The position numbers were made by a program, and so were the translations under genes. Below the pieces are notes generated by a model, which was given only the letters and a program-made list of their open reading frames with translations, had not been told where the DNA came from and did no database searches. Below, one piece after another: positions 12,583 to 21,863 of a stretch of 64,000 nucleotides of DNA. The stretch is taken from contig CAVYGB010000008.1 in the NCBI GenBank assembly GCA_963767925.1, forward strand, positions 2,656,001-2,720,000. Reading direction: 5' to 3'. This DNA comes from an uncultured delta proteobacterium. Its GTDB lineage: Bacteria; Myxococcota_A; Polyangia; Fen-1088. Numbering within the stretch: the first letter of the stretch is position 1; every line of letters begins with the position of its first letter.

Positions 12583-14115
12583 ATGGTCACCATGAGGGTG
12601 GGTGTTTCAGCCAAGGTCTTTCTGGCCTACCTGGTGCTGCTCGTCGCGCTGGGAGTCAACAGCGCGTTCTCCATCGCCTCGCTGCGCAGCGCTGGCCAGC
12701 ACGTCGTCGCCCACCTCCACGTGCTCACGGTCGACAGCGAGGTACGGGCCGCCGTCCGCCTCCTCGATGTCCTGGAGGAGCGGTCCAACCCCACCCTGGC
12801 TGGTCCCTACTTTCGGGGTGCGCTCGACCGCCTGGCCGAGGGGAGAAAGGTGCTCGAGGACTTCCTGGCCGAGCAGCCCGGGACCCCCCGCCGCCTCGAG
12901 CTCGAGCGCTACCGGACCGAGCTGGTCCTGCTCGAGGGGGTCACCGGCCGGGTCCACTCGGCCCACATCGCCTCTTATTCGGTCCAGGACCGGAAAAGCG
13001 AACGGCGCCAGCCGCAGGGCCAGCAGCAGCTCCAGACGCTGCGGAACGACCTCGACGTCTTCTCGGACAAGCTCCGCAAAGACAACAAGCGGGTGTTCGA
13101 GGAGCTGAACGAGAACCAGGACCGGGCGGTGCGGGCCGCCATCCTGCTCGGCCTGGCGGGCCTGCTGGGCGCCTTCGGGGCGGCCCTCTCGCTGTGGCGG
13201 ACCTTGCGGCCGCTGCAGGTGCTGCGGCTGCGCGCGCGGCAGCTCGCCGGCGGCGACTACGGCCGCCGGATCGGGCTGCGCACGCGCGACGAGATCGGCG
13301 ATCTGGCCCGCGAGTTCGACAACATGGCCCAGGCCCTCGACGAGCGCGAGCAGCGCCTCATCCGGTCGGAGCGGCTGGCCACGGTGGGCCGCATCGCCGC
13401 CCAGATCACCCACGAGATCCGCAACCCGCTGGCCTCCATCGGCCTCAACGCCGAGCTGATCGCCGACGAGCTGGGCGCCACCCAGCAGGAGGCCCGGCGC
13501 CAGCTCGCCTCCATCACCGCCGAGGTCGACCGCCTCAGCGAGATCACCGAGTCGTACCTGCGGTTCGTCCGGCTGCCCCGCCTCAAGCTCGAGCGCGAGG
13601 AGCTGGCGGCCATCGTGACCGCGGCGATGGAGTTCGCCCGGGCCGAGCTGGCCCAGGCCGGCATCGAGCTGGTCCTGGAGATCGCCGCCGACCTGCCCGA
13701 CATCGCCGCCGACGAGAACCAGCTCCGGCAGGCCCTGCTCAACCTCGTGCGCAACGCCAAGGAGGCCATGCCGGCGGGCGGGCGGGTGCGGGTCGTGCTC
13801 GAAGCGCCGGAGCCGGGGCGGGTCTCGCTGAGCATCGCCGACACCGGCGGGGGCATCGCCCCCGAACACGTGGGCCGGGTGTTCGAGCCGTTCTTCTCGA
13901 CCAAGGCCAAGGGGACCGGGCTGGGGCTAGCCCTCGTCCAGCAGATCCTCAACGAGCACGGTGGCCGGGTGGAGGTGAAGAGCGAGCCCGGCAGCGGGAC
14001 CACCTTCCTCATGAGCTTCCCCTCCCTGCCCGCCCGCTCGGAGGAATCGGCCACCCCGGTCGACGGCGTCGCGGCGGTGGGGGGCCCCGCCCTGGTCCTG
14101 CCCCGCCGCTCCTGA
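12583..14115 (+). CDS. HAMP-domain sensor histidine kinase (start may be ATG 12592)
   Basis: Two TM segments; HAMP DEIGDLAREFDNM; H-box THEIRNPL; N-box NLVRNA; G boxes DTGGGI and GTGLGL; F box FEPFFSTK. Confidence 0.92.
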   Translation: MVTMRVGVSAKVFLAYLVLLVALGVNSAFSIASLRSAGQHVVAHLHVLTVDSEVRAAVRLLDVLEERSNPTLAGPYFRGALDRLAEGRKVLEDFLAEQPGTPRRLELERYRTELVLLEGVTGRVHSAHIASYSVQDRKSERRQPQGQQQLQTLRNDLDVFSDKLRKDNKRVFEELNENQDRAVRAAILLGLAGLLGAFGAALSLWRTLRPLQVLRLRARQLAGGDYGRRIGLRTRDEIGDLAREFDNMAQALDEREQRLIRSERLATVGRIAAQITHEIRNPLASIGLNAELIADELGATQQEARRQLASITAEVDRLSEITESYLRFVRLPRLKLEREELAAIVTAAMEFARAELAQAGIELVLEIAADLPDIAADENQLRQALLNLVRNAKEAMPAGGRVRVVLEAPEPGRVSLSIADTGGGIAPEHVGRVFEPFFSTKAKGTGLGLALVQQILNEHGGRVEVKSEPGSGTTFLMSFPSLPARSEESATPVDGVAAVGGPALVLPRRS

Positions 14116-14128
14116 GCCGCTTCCGCGG

Positions 14129-16825
14129 TCAGGGCTTGGCGCCGGTCGCCAGGCGGCGGTGCGAGGCGGCCTTGCGGGGGTCGCCGAGCTTCTCGTAGAG
14201 GTCGCCCAGGGCCCGGTGCAGGGGGCGCGGATCGGCCGGACCGAACAGCAGCGCCTGCTCGAGCGCGCGAGCCGCCGGACCGGGTTTGTCCTGGGCGGCC
14301 AGGGCCCGCCCCAGGGCAGCGTGCAGGTCGGGATCGTCGGGATCGATGAAGAGGGCGGTCCGTCCCAGCTCCGCCGCCTGGTCCACCCGGCCCGCCCGGG
14401 CGTGGCCCAGGACCACCCGCTTGGCCAGGGCCGCCGTCTGCGGCTCCAGCCGGAGCAGCTCGGTCTCGACCGCGAGCCGCTCGTCCTCCTTGCCGAGGAT
14501 CCGGAGCTGCTCGGCCAGCATGGTCTTGCCCTCCACGCTGCCGGGGGCCAGCTCGACCGCCGCCCGGAAGTGGGCCAGCGCCCCCGCGCCGTCGCGCAGC
14601 CGGACGGCGGCCAGCCCCAGGCGGACCTCGATGTCGTACCCCTGCAGGCCCCGGCGCTTCAGCGCCAGCAGCTCGCGCTGGGCCCGTTCGGTCTCGTCGC
14701 TCTCGAGCGCCAGGTCGGCCGCCAGGAAATCGACGAGCGGCTCCTCGCCCGCCCCGGCCCGGGCGCGCGCGCGGGCCAGGGCGGTCTGCGCGCCCGCCTT
14801 GTCCCCGGCGGCCAGGCTGCGCAGCCCCGCCTCCGCCAGCCGGGTCGCGCTGGCGGTCGCCTCCGGCGCCGGCGCCGGCTCGCCGTAGCGGGCGGCGGTC
14901 GCGGGCAAGAACTGCCGGGTCAGGGGGGCCAGGCGCTCGCCGAGGTGCTTGCGCAGGGCCTCGTCGAGCTCGGCCTCGGGCATGCCGGACAGCGACTCCA
15001 GCACGCCGGCGCCGCGTTCTCCCCGGCCGTAGGCCACGAGCGCCTCCCGGAGGTGGTCGAAGCCGAAGCGTTGCTCGAGGAACTCGACCGCCGCCGAGGC
15101 GTGCAGGTAGGCCAGGGCCGCAGCCCGGCTGTCGCGGGCGTCGACGAAGGCGCGCGAGAGGGCGCCGAGCGTCGGCAGCCGGCCCGCGCCGAAGGCGGCT
15201 GCCAGCTCGAGGTCGGCCTGCCGCCGCCACTCGCCCCGCAGGCGGGCGGTCTCCAGCTCGGCCAGCCCCTCGGTCAGCCAGCGGGGCACCCGCGAGCGGG
15301 AGAGCTGCAGCGAGAAGACGTGCGCCAGCTCGTGGGCCAGCACCATCCCCCAGTTGAAGGCGCCGTTTACCGGCGACTGCGAGGTGATCACCCGCCCGAA
15401 GCAGACCCCCGCCACCCCCAGCCGGGGCAGGCCCACCGTGCGCACGGCGTAGTGCTCGGGGGCGGCGTACAGCTCGAACACGATGGGGCCGGTCGGCGTG
15501 AAGCCGTAGCGCAGGACGTAGCGCTCGTAGGTCTCCTCCAGGAAAGGCGCCACCACCGACTCGATCACGGTCCGATGGGAGGCCTCGACCCGGAAGCGGA
15601 AGTGTCGGGTCGTCACCTGCACGTAGCGGGTGGCGATCACCTTCTCGAACAGGTTGAGCAGGTTGTAGGTCCGGACGTCGTAGGGGTCCCGGTCCCAGGC
15701 CCGCCGGAGCAGCGCCAGCCCCTCGTCCTCTTCCCCGAGGCGCAAGAGGGTGTTGCCGAGCGCGCTCAGCAGGCGGGCGTTGGCCCCGTCCCGCTCGACG
15801 CCGTCCGCCGCCACCGCCCGGGCATCTTCGTAGCGCCGCTGGCGGACCAGCGCCTCGGCCGTCCGTCGGAAGAACTCGCCGTCGGCCGGCCTCGTGTCGA
15901 GCCGCCGATCGCGCTCGGCCTCGTAGCCGGGGCGATCCTCGAGCAGCAGGGCCCGGGCGGCGGACAGCCAGGCGGCCTCGGGATCGCGCGGGTTGATCTT
16001 GCGGAGGGCGGCCACCAGGGTGCTGACCGCCGGCCAGTCCTCGGCGTCGAGGGCGATCTCGGCCCGCATGGCCAGGGCCCGCCCGTGGCGGGGGTTGACC
16101 GCCAGGGTCCCCTGCAGCGCCCGCTCGACCGCCTCGGTGTTGCCTTCCTGATCGAGCAGGGCCCGGGCCACCCCCGCCTGGGCGTCGGGGTTGCCGGGAT
16201 CGCGGGCGAGCACGTCCCGGAAGCAGGCCAGGGCGTTGTCGCTGGCATGTTTCTCGAGGAACAGCTCGCCCCACTCCAGGTTGGCCTCCAGCCGCTTGGG
16301 GTCGGTCCGCACCGCGCTCCGGAAGGCGGAGTTGGCGTCCTCCCAGTTGTTGTCCCGCCGGACGATGGTGGCCATCGCCACCAGGTCGGCGGCGTTCTTG
16401 CGATCGACCCGCCCCCGCTCCCAGTCGTCGTAGCTGCGGTTGACCAGGTCCTTTACCGCGCCCCGGTCCCCCAGGCTGTCGACGGTCTTGACCAGCTCGG
16501 CCCGCACGGCCAGGTCCTCGGGCGCCGAGATGGTCAGCAGCTCGAGGCGCTTGCGGGCCTCGCCGTAGAGGCCCAGCTCCCGTTCGGCCCGGGACGCCAG
16601 GATCCCCGCCCGGGTGGGGTTCCCCTTGCGGCGGGCGAGGGCCTCGGCGGCCCGGCGGGCCTTCTCGTACTGGCCGGTGCGCAGGAGCTGCTCGACCGCG
16701 GCCAGGCCGCCGCCGGCCGGGGCCGCCGCCACCGGGGGCGCGGCGGTGAGGACGAGCGTGGTGAGCGCGTACACAGCCACCTGGATCGCGCCAGGGAGCA
16801 GCCGGCCGGACCGCCGCGGGGACAT
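14129..16825 (-). CDS. Secreted TPR-repeat protein with central gluzincin (peptidase MA-like) domain
   Basis: Signal-like N-terminus; many TPR-like helical repeats; HELAH plus downstream PRWLTEGLAE. Start set at ATG 16825 (TACAAT 8 nt upstream). Confidence 0.8.
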   Translation of the reverse strand: MSPRRSGRLLPGAIQVAVYALTTLVLTAAPPVAAAPAGGGLAAVEQLLRTGQYEKARRAAEALARRKGNPTRAGILASRAERELGLYGEARKRLELLTISAPEDLAVRAELVKTVDSLGDRGAVKDLVNRSYDDWERGRVDRKNAADLVAMATIVRRDNNWEDANSAFRSAVRTDPKRLEANLEWGELFLEKHASDNALACFRDVLARDPGNPDAQAGVARALLDQEGNTEAVERALQGTLAVNPRHGRALAMRAEIALDAEDWPAVSTLVAALRKINPRDPEAAWLSAARALLLEDRPGYEAERDRRLDTRPADGEFFRRTAEALVRQRRYEDARAVAADGVERDGANARLLSALGNTLLRLGEEDEGLALLRRAWDRDPYDVRTYNLLNLFEKVIATRYVQVTTRHFRFRVEASHRTVIESVVAPFLEETYERYVLRYGFTPTGPIVFELYAAPEHYAVRTVGLPRLGVAGVCFGRVITSQSPVNGAFNWGMVLAHELAHVFSLQLSRSRVPRWLTEGLAELETARLRGEWRRQADLELAAAFGAGRLPTLGALSRAFVDARDSRAAALAYLHASAAVEFLEQRFGFDHLREALVAYGRGERGAGVLESLSGMPEAELDEALRKHLGERLAPLTRQFLPATAARYGEPAPAPEATASATRLAEAGLRSLAAGDKAGAQTALARARARAGAGEEPLVDFLAADLALESDETERAQRELLALKRRGLQGYDIEVRLGLAAVRLRDGAGALAHFRAAVELAPGSVEGKTMLAEQLRILGKEDERLAVETELLRLEPQTAALAKRVVLGHARAGRVDQAAELGRTALFIDPDDPDLHAALGRALAAQDKPGPAARALEQALLFGPADPRPLHRALGDLYEKLGDPRKAASHRRLATGAKP

Positions 16826-16934
16826 GGAGCGGAATTGTATCGCCCCCCAACCCGCCAAGCTCGCAGCAACCCCGGCGCCCTCTGGCGCTCTCCGCGTTCG
16901 AGCCGCCGTCCACGCGCCGTGGTACCATGTCGAC

Positions 16935-17444
16935 ATGGGCCAGGAAGCTTCAACCGAGAGCGGGTCGGAGATAAGGCCGGAAGCCTACGACGACTACGAT
17001 GCGTTCTTGAGACAGGCGGTGCGGGAGTACTACTCGCGGGGGTGGAAGAGCCACCGGGGAAACTTCATCGCCCTCGTCATAACCTCGGGGCAGATGGCCT
17101 CGATCGCCGCCGACTCGGTCCGGGACGGCTCGGGCCTGCGCAAGGCTGCCTTCGGCGCGGCCGGGGTGGTGGCCCTGCGCTTCGGGCTGCGCTACTTCCT
17201 GTCAGGCCCCCTTGGCCTGCTGGTCAGCGCGGCGGTGGTCGGCTCGGCGGTCGCCTACCTCATCCGGAACCAGAAGTCGATCACGGCCAAGATGGATCCC
17301 TGCCGCACCCTGATCTCGGAGTCGCGCACCAAGTTCGACGAGATCCAGGGCGGCTACCGGGCCGGTCGCTACGACGCGGCCGGCCGCAACCTCATGGTCG
17401 GCGGCCTCCTCAAGCGCTTCCTCGAGCAGGTCGACGCCCTCTGA
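16935..17444 (+). CDS. Hypothetical protein with Gly/Ala-rich hydrophobic hairpin
   Basis: 169-aa ORF MGQEASTES...LEQVDAL with coding-like GC3; hydrophobic AAFGAAGVVALRFGL and GPLGLLVSAAVVGSAVAYLI. Confidence 0.7.
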   Translation: MGQEASTESGSEIRPEAYDDYDAFLRQAVREYYSRGWKSHRGNFIALVITSGQMASIAADSVRDGSGLRKAAFGAAGVVALRFGLRYFLSGPLGLLVSAAVVGSAVAYLIRNQKSITAKMDPCRTLISESRTKFDEIQGGYRAGRYDAAGRNLMVGGLLKRFLEQVDAL

Positions 17445-17468
17445 GCCGGCGGGCGGGCCCCGCGCCCG

Positions 17469-18275
17469 TCAGTACAGCATCAGGGACTTGAGCCCGCCGA
17501 TCGAGAAGCGGACCAGCAGGCTGGAGCGCAGCACGGTCTCGATCTTGCCCCGGCCGAATTCTGGGTGGGAGATGATCTCGCCCGCGCGGTAGCGCCCCTT
17601 GGGATCGAACAGCCGGACCTCGGTGGCCTCGGCCAGCTCGACCGACAGGGCCCGCGCCTCGGCGGCCTTCTGATCGGCCCGCTTCTGGGCCTCCCGTTCG
17701 GCCCCGGTCATGGTCCGGCTGGGCGCCTGGGCGGGCTCGGCCGGTCCCTTGCGAGCCGGGGCCGTGCGGTAGCTGTGGCGGGCGTTGCAGGCCTGACAGA
17801 CGACCTGTTTGGGCTCGTCGCCCACCATGGCCACGATGCTGTGCTCGGTGAGGGTCCCGCAGGGGGTGCACCAGGCCTCGACGTCCCCGCCCACCTTGTA
17901 GCGGCCGCTGCCGCCCGCCGACGAGCGCGAGCCGGCTCCCCAGGAGACGCCGGTGATGCGCCTTTCGCCCACCTCCGACGCACCCGCCAGCTGCCGGTCG
18001 GGCGTGCTGGTGCTGAGGCTTCCGACCCGCGGCAGGAGCGAGGCCAGGCGCTTGACGTCCGATAGCCTGCGGCCGAGGCTGCGCTCCACCTTGAGCTTTT
18101 CGCCATCCGGCAGCCGGGCAAACACCTCGCGGTAATGCTGCGCGGCTCGCTCGACCGCGGCGTGGGTGGAGGCGACGAAGTCGCGCTCCTCGACCCGCTC
18201 GGCGGCCGCGTTTACCTGGAGCGCGACGTCCCGGATCTCCTCGGTCAGTTTCTCGACGCTGTAGGGCTCGTCCAT
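17469..18275 (-). CDS. Hypothetical protein: helical N-terminus, Zn ribbon, C-terminal Tudor/SH3-like domain
   Basis: CTPC...H...CQAC...H metal-binding pattern; C-terminal YRAGEIISHPEFGRGKIETV..LLVRF. Confidence 0.75.
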   Translation of the reverse strand: MDEPYSVEKLTEEIRDVALQVNAAAERVEERDFVASTHAAVERAAQHYREVFARLPDGEKLKVERSLGRRLSDVKRLASLLPRVGSLSTSTPDRQLAGASEVGERRITGVSWGAGSRSSAGGSGRYKVGGDVEAWCTPCGTLTEHSIVAMVGDEPKQVVCQACNARHSYRTAPARKGPAEPAQAPSRTMTGAEREAQKRADQKAAEARALSVELAEATEVRLFDPKGRYRAGEIISHPEFGRGKIETVLRSSLLVRFSIGGLKSLMLY

Positions 18276-18567
18276 GTTCGGAGGGCGGGTCGACTCCAAC
18301 TCACCGCGACCCGGCGTGGCACCCGCATCCGCCTCGAATAGCAGAAAACCCACGTGTTTACCAAATCCTCGCGTCAGGTTTCGTCAGCCGACCCACCGCT
18401 GCGCGGTGCGATCGAAAAAAAAGATCGAGGAAGATCGCAAGAAATCCCGAGGAAAACCCCAAGAAAACCCGAAGAACGGCCGGGGCCGGAGCGCGGCGGT
18501 CGGTACGGCTTTCCGAGAGGGGGGTCGGGGTGTATTGTCGTTCCGGATTCTGCGGAAAAAAAATCGC

Positions 18568-20970
18568 GTGCGGTCGACTCTCGTTGCCTGCCTCGTCCTG
18601 TTCTCTTCGGCGCCACTCCTGGCCCAGCCGATAGAGCCACCCCCGATACCGCCGCTGCCGTTGCCGACCGGCCCGCCGCCACCGGCGCCCAGGCCGCCGG
18701 ACAAGCCGCCCGAGCCGCCGCCCCGCCCGGCGCCCAGGCCCGAGGAGAAGGCGCCAGCCGCGCCCGTCTCTCCGGCGCCCAGGCCGGCGCCCGCGCCACC
18801 CCCGGCACCGCCGCCGGCGGCCCCCACGCCGGCGCCCCCTCCTGCCCGCGTGCCGACCGACATCCCGCCCGACATCGCGATCTTGCCCGAGCCGAGCACG
18901 CCGCTGCCGATCACGCCCCTGCCCTTGCCGCCCCCGGCGCGGGCCTTCCTGGGCCAATCGGCGGTGGTCGTCGCCGACGAGACGGAGATCCCGGCCGGGC
19001 TGCACGATCGACGGCGCCTGGTGCTCCCCACCCAGGTCGGCCCGGTCGGCCTGTACCGGCTGAGCGCCGCCGATCCCGGCGACATCGGGCAGGTGCGGAT
19101 CGGCCTGCACGGCGAATACGCCAGCGCCGACGACTTCCTCATCAAGGGCTCGCGCAACCGGCGCCTGGCCGGCACCCTCTCGGTGGCGGTCACGCCCCAC
19201 CGCTACCTCGAGGCCTTCGGCGCGATCCTGGCGAGCGCCAATCGCAACGAACGCTGTGCCACCGCCGACCCGGGCTGCACCGCCGAGGCGGACCGGGCCG
19301 ATCCCGCCACCATCCGCGCCTTCGGCGATCTGGTGTTCGGCGGCAAGGTGGCCGTGCCGGTCCTGCCGGGGCTCGCGCTGGGGGCCGAGGCCGGCCTGCG
19401 CTTCTTCGCCGCCAACGACGGCCTGTCGCTCGACACCGACTCGACCTCCGGCTGGGTGACGACCCTGGGCAGCGTCGACGTGGACGAGCTGGCCAGCGTG
19501 CCCCTCATGGTCCACCTGAACCTGGGGTACTACTCGGACCACTCGCAGAACCTGCAGGACTTCAGCCGCTTCCAGCCCAACATGTTGCCCTCGCGGCTGG
19601 TGACAACCTTCGCCTACGGCATGGGAGCCAGCCGGTTGCGCACCGGGCTCGGCCTCGGGGTGCCCCTCGAGCACCCGAGCGGCAGCATCGCGATCGAGCC
19701 CTTCGCCGAGTACCACGTCGAGCTGGTCACCGCCGACCCCGATCTGGCCTACGCCTCCTTCATGCCGCCCGAGTGCGAGGTGCCGGGCCGGGAGTGCGTC
19801 GACAACCGCGATCAGCAGTGGCTGAGCGTCGGCTTGCGGGCCCAGGTGCGCGGCGGCTTCAGCGTGACGGCCGGCTTCGACGTCACCCTCCGCTCGACCG
19901 GGTTCCCCTACGGCCCCGCCCTGCTCCCCTGGAACTTCCTGATCGGGGTGGCCCAGGCCTTCGACTTCTCCGGGCCGCCCAAGACGGTGACCCGCACCGT
20001 GACCCTCGAGCGGACGGTGGAGAAGGACCCTCCTCCCAAGGAGGGCTTCGTCACGGGAAAGATCATCAACGCCCACGCCGACGAGCCGATCGCCGGGGCG
20101 GTGGTCAGCGTGATCGGCCGGAACCGGGCCCGGGTGGCCACCGACGGCGACGGCAGCTTCGCCACCAAGGGCCTGCCCGCGGGTCCGGTCAAGCTCGAGG
20201 TCTCGGCCCCCAGCTTCGAGACCCAGGTGCTGGAGGCCCGGGTCACCCTCGGCGAGACGACCGAGATCCAGGCCTCGCTGCGCCCCAGCTTGCCCCCACC
20301 CCGCATCGAGGGCAGCGTGCTCGACGCCAGCAAGCGGCCGCTGCCGGCGGCGCGCATCCGGATCGTCGGCCCGACCTCGGCCGAGCTGGCCAGCGACATC
20401 TCCGGCCGGTTCTCGGCCGAGCTGGCCCCCGGCCCCTACATCGCCACCATCGATGCGCCCGGGCTCGTGCCGCAGGAGCAGCGCTTCGAGCTGAAGCCCG
20501 GGCTGGTCGTCCCCCTCGACGTCACCCTCGCGCGCGAGCGCGCGAGCGCCCCGCTGACCCCGGTCGAGCCGGCGGGGGCCAGCCCCGGCGGGGCGCCGGT
20601 CGCCTGGGAAGACGGGCGCCTGGTGGTGCGGGGCCCGGTCACGTTTCGCACCGTGGCTGGCAAGCCCAGCGACGAGCTGGCGCCCGGGAGCCACCCCACG
20701 CTCGAGGCCCTCGCAAAGCTCATGAGCGGCAACCCGGCCATCACCAAGCTGCGGGTGGAAGCGCACTGGGACAGCGGACTGCCGCGCGACGAGGTCGACA
20801 CCTTGACCCAGAAGCAGGCCCAGTCGGTGGTGGAGTTCCTGGTGGCCCGGGGCGTGGCGCGCGACCGCCTCTCGGCGGTCGGCATGGGGGCCAGCAACCC
20901 GCGGGTGCCCAACCTCTCGCCCGCAGTGCGGGCCAAGAACCGGCGGGTCGAGATCACGGTCGCGAACTGA
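18568..20970 (+). CDS. Outer-membrane protein: Pro-rich linker, beta-barrel, two carboxypeptidase-regulatory-like domains, OmpA-like C-terminus
   Basis: GTG start then signal peptide (TLVACLVLFSSAPLLA); Pro-rich tract; VTGKIINA..EPIAGAVV and IEGSVLDA..PLPAARI domains; C-terminal RLSAVGMGASNP...KNRRVEI. Confidence 0.8.
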   Translation: MRSTLVACLVLFSSAPLLAQPIEPPPIPPLPLPTGPPPPAPRPPDKPPEPPPRPAPRPEEKAPAAPVSPAPRPAPAPPPAPPPAAPTPAPPPARVPTDIPPDIAILPEPSTPLPITPLPLPPPARAFLGQSAVVVADETEIPAGLHDRRRLVLPTQVGPVGLYRLSAADPGDIGQVRIGLHGEYASADDFLIKGSRNRRLAGTLSVAVTPHRYLEAFGAILASANRNERCATADPGCTAEADRADPATIRAFGDLVFGGKVAVPVLPGLALGAEAGLRFFAANDGLSLDTDSTSGWVTTLGSVDVDELASVPLMVHLNLGYYSDHSQNLQDFSRFQPNMLPSRLVTTFAYGMGASRLRTGLGLGVPLEHPSGSIAIEPFAEYHVELVTADPDLAYASFMPPECEVPGRECVDNRDQQWLSVGLRAQVRGGFSVTAGFDVTLRSTGFPYGPALLPWNFLIGVAQAFDFSGPPKTVTRTVTLERTVEKDPPPKEGFVTGKIINAHADEPIAGAVVSVIGRNRARVATDGDGSFATKGLPAGPVKLEVSAPSFETQVLEARVTLGETTEIQASLRPSLPPPRIEGSVLDASKRPLPAARIRIVGPTSAELASDISGRFSAELAPGPYIATIDAPGLVPQEQRFELKPGLVVPLDVTLARERASAPLTPVEPAGASPGGAPVAWEDGRLVVRGPVTFRTVAGKPSDELAPGSHPTLEALAKLMSGNPAITKLRVEAHWDSGLPRDEVDTLTQKQAQSVVEFLVARGVARDRLSAVGMGASNPRVPNLSPAVRAKNRRVEITVAN

Positions 20971-20979
20971 GCGGCGGCG

Positions 20980-21783
20980 CTACTCGTCGCCGCCGGGGGT
21001 AACCGCCACCAGGGCCCGCTGCCGCCGCAGCGCCAGCAGGTCGAGGAAGCGCTCGGGCGCCAGCGTGACATGGGCCCGGTTCTCCTCGAAGCGGCGCCGC
21101 TCGAGGGCCATGAGGCCACCGGCGGCGGCGCCCCCCGCCAGCAAGGACATGACGTCCTCCAGGCCGAAGCCCGGGAAGAACAGCGCGCCGCCGACGCCGA
21201 AGATGGAGAACGCCGCGCCCGCCCGCAAGCAGGCCCGCAGCAGCCGGTGCCGGCGCAGCTCGCTGAGATCGATGCGGAAGGTGACCGAGGTCGAGGTGTC
21301 GCTCTCGGCCACCACCACCGTCTCGACGCGGGTCACCGGGCCGAAGGCGTAGCGGCGCGCAAAATCGAGCGAGCGGGCCAGGCCAGGCCAGAGGCCGCGC
21401 GCCCGCTCCCACTCCACCCGGTCGCCGTGGTGGCGGCGCACGGTCATGAGCTGCTCGCGCAGGAAGCGCTCGATCGCGCGGCGCACGGGAGCGGCGGGCC
21501 CCGGGATCTCCCGGCTCACGACGATCTGACGCGCGCCGAGCGCGCGGTCCAGGCCGTCGCGCTCCACGGTCGTGAGCTGGCCGCGCCGGAGCTCGGCCAG
21601 CGCGCCCTGCAGGCTGCTCTCCGACAGGCCCGCCTCCTCTCCGAGGCGCAACACGTCCTGCTCGGAGAGCCCGGTGTCGCTCGGGTCATCTGGATCCGAG
21701 CTGCCCGGGCGGTTGGCCTCCAGCTCCGCGGCGCGACGAAGCACCTGCTCGATCTGGGGACGGGACAACCTACCGATGGCCAC
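20980..21783 (-). CDS. Hypothetical membrane protein
   Basis: N-terminal IEQVLRRAAELE...GLSEQDVLRLGEEAGLSESSLQGAL helical module, two C-terminal TM segments; TATAAT 8 nt upstream of the GTG. Confidence 0.7.
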   Translation of the reverse strand: MAIGRLSRPQIEQVLRRAAELEANRPGSSDPDDPSDTGLSEQDVLRLGEEAGLSESSLQGALAELRRGQLTTVERDGLDRALGARQIVVSREIPGPAAPVRRAIERFLREQLMTVRRHHGDRVEWERARGLWPGLARSLDFARRYAFGPVTRVETVVVAESDTSTSVTFRIDLSELRRHRLLRACLRAGAAFSIFGVGGALFFPGFGLEDVMSLLAGGAAAGGLMALERRRFEENRAHVTLAPERFLDLLALRRQRALVAVTPGGDE

Positions 21784-21863
21784 GCTCTTTGATTATACGA
21801 GCCGAATCCCACATCGTCCGGCCCTGAACGCCACCTTGCCCCCCATGTGTGTGTCGGGGGGCG

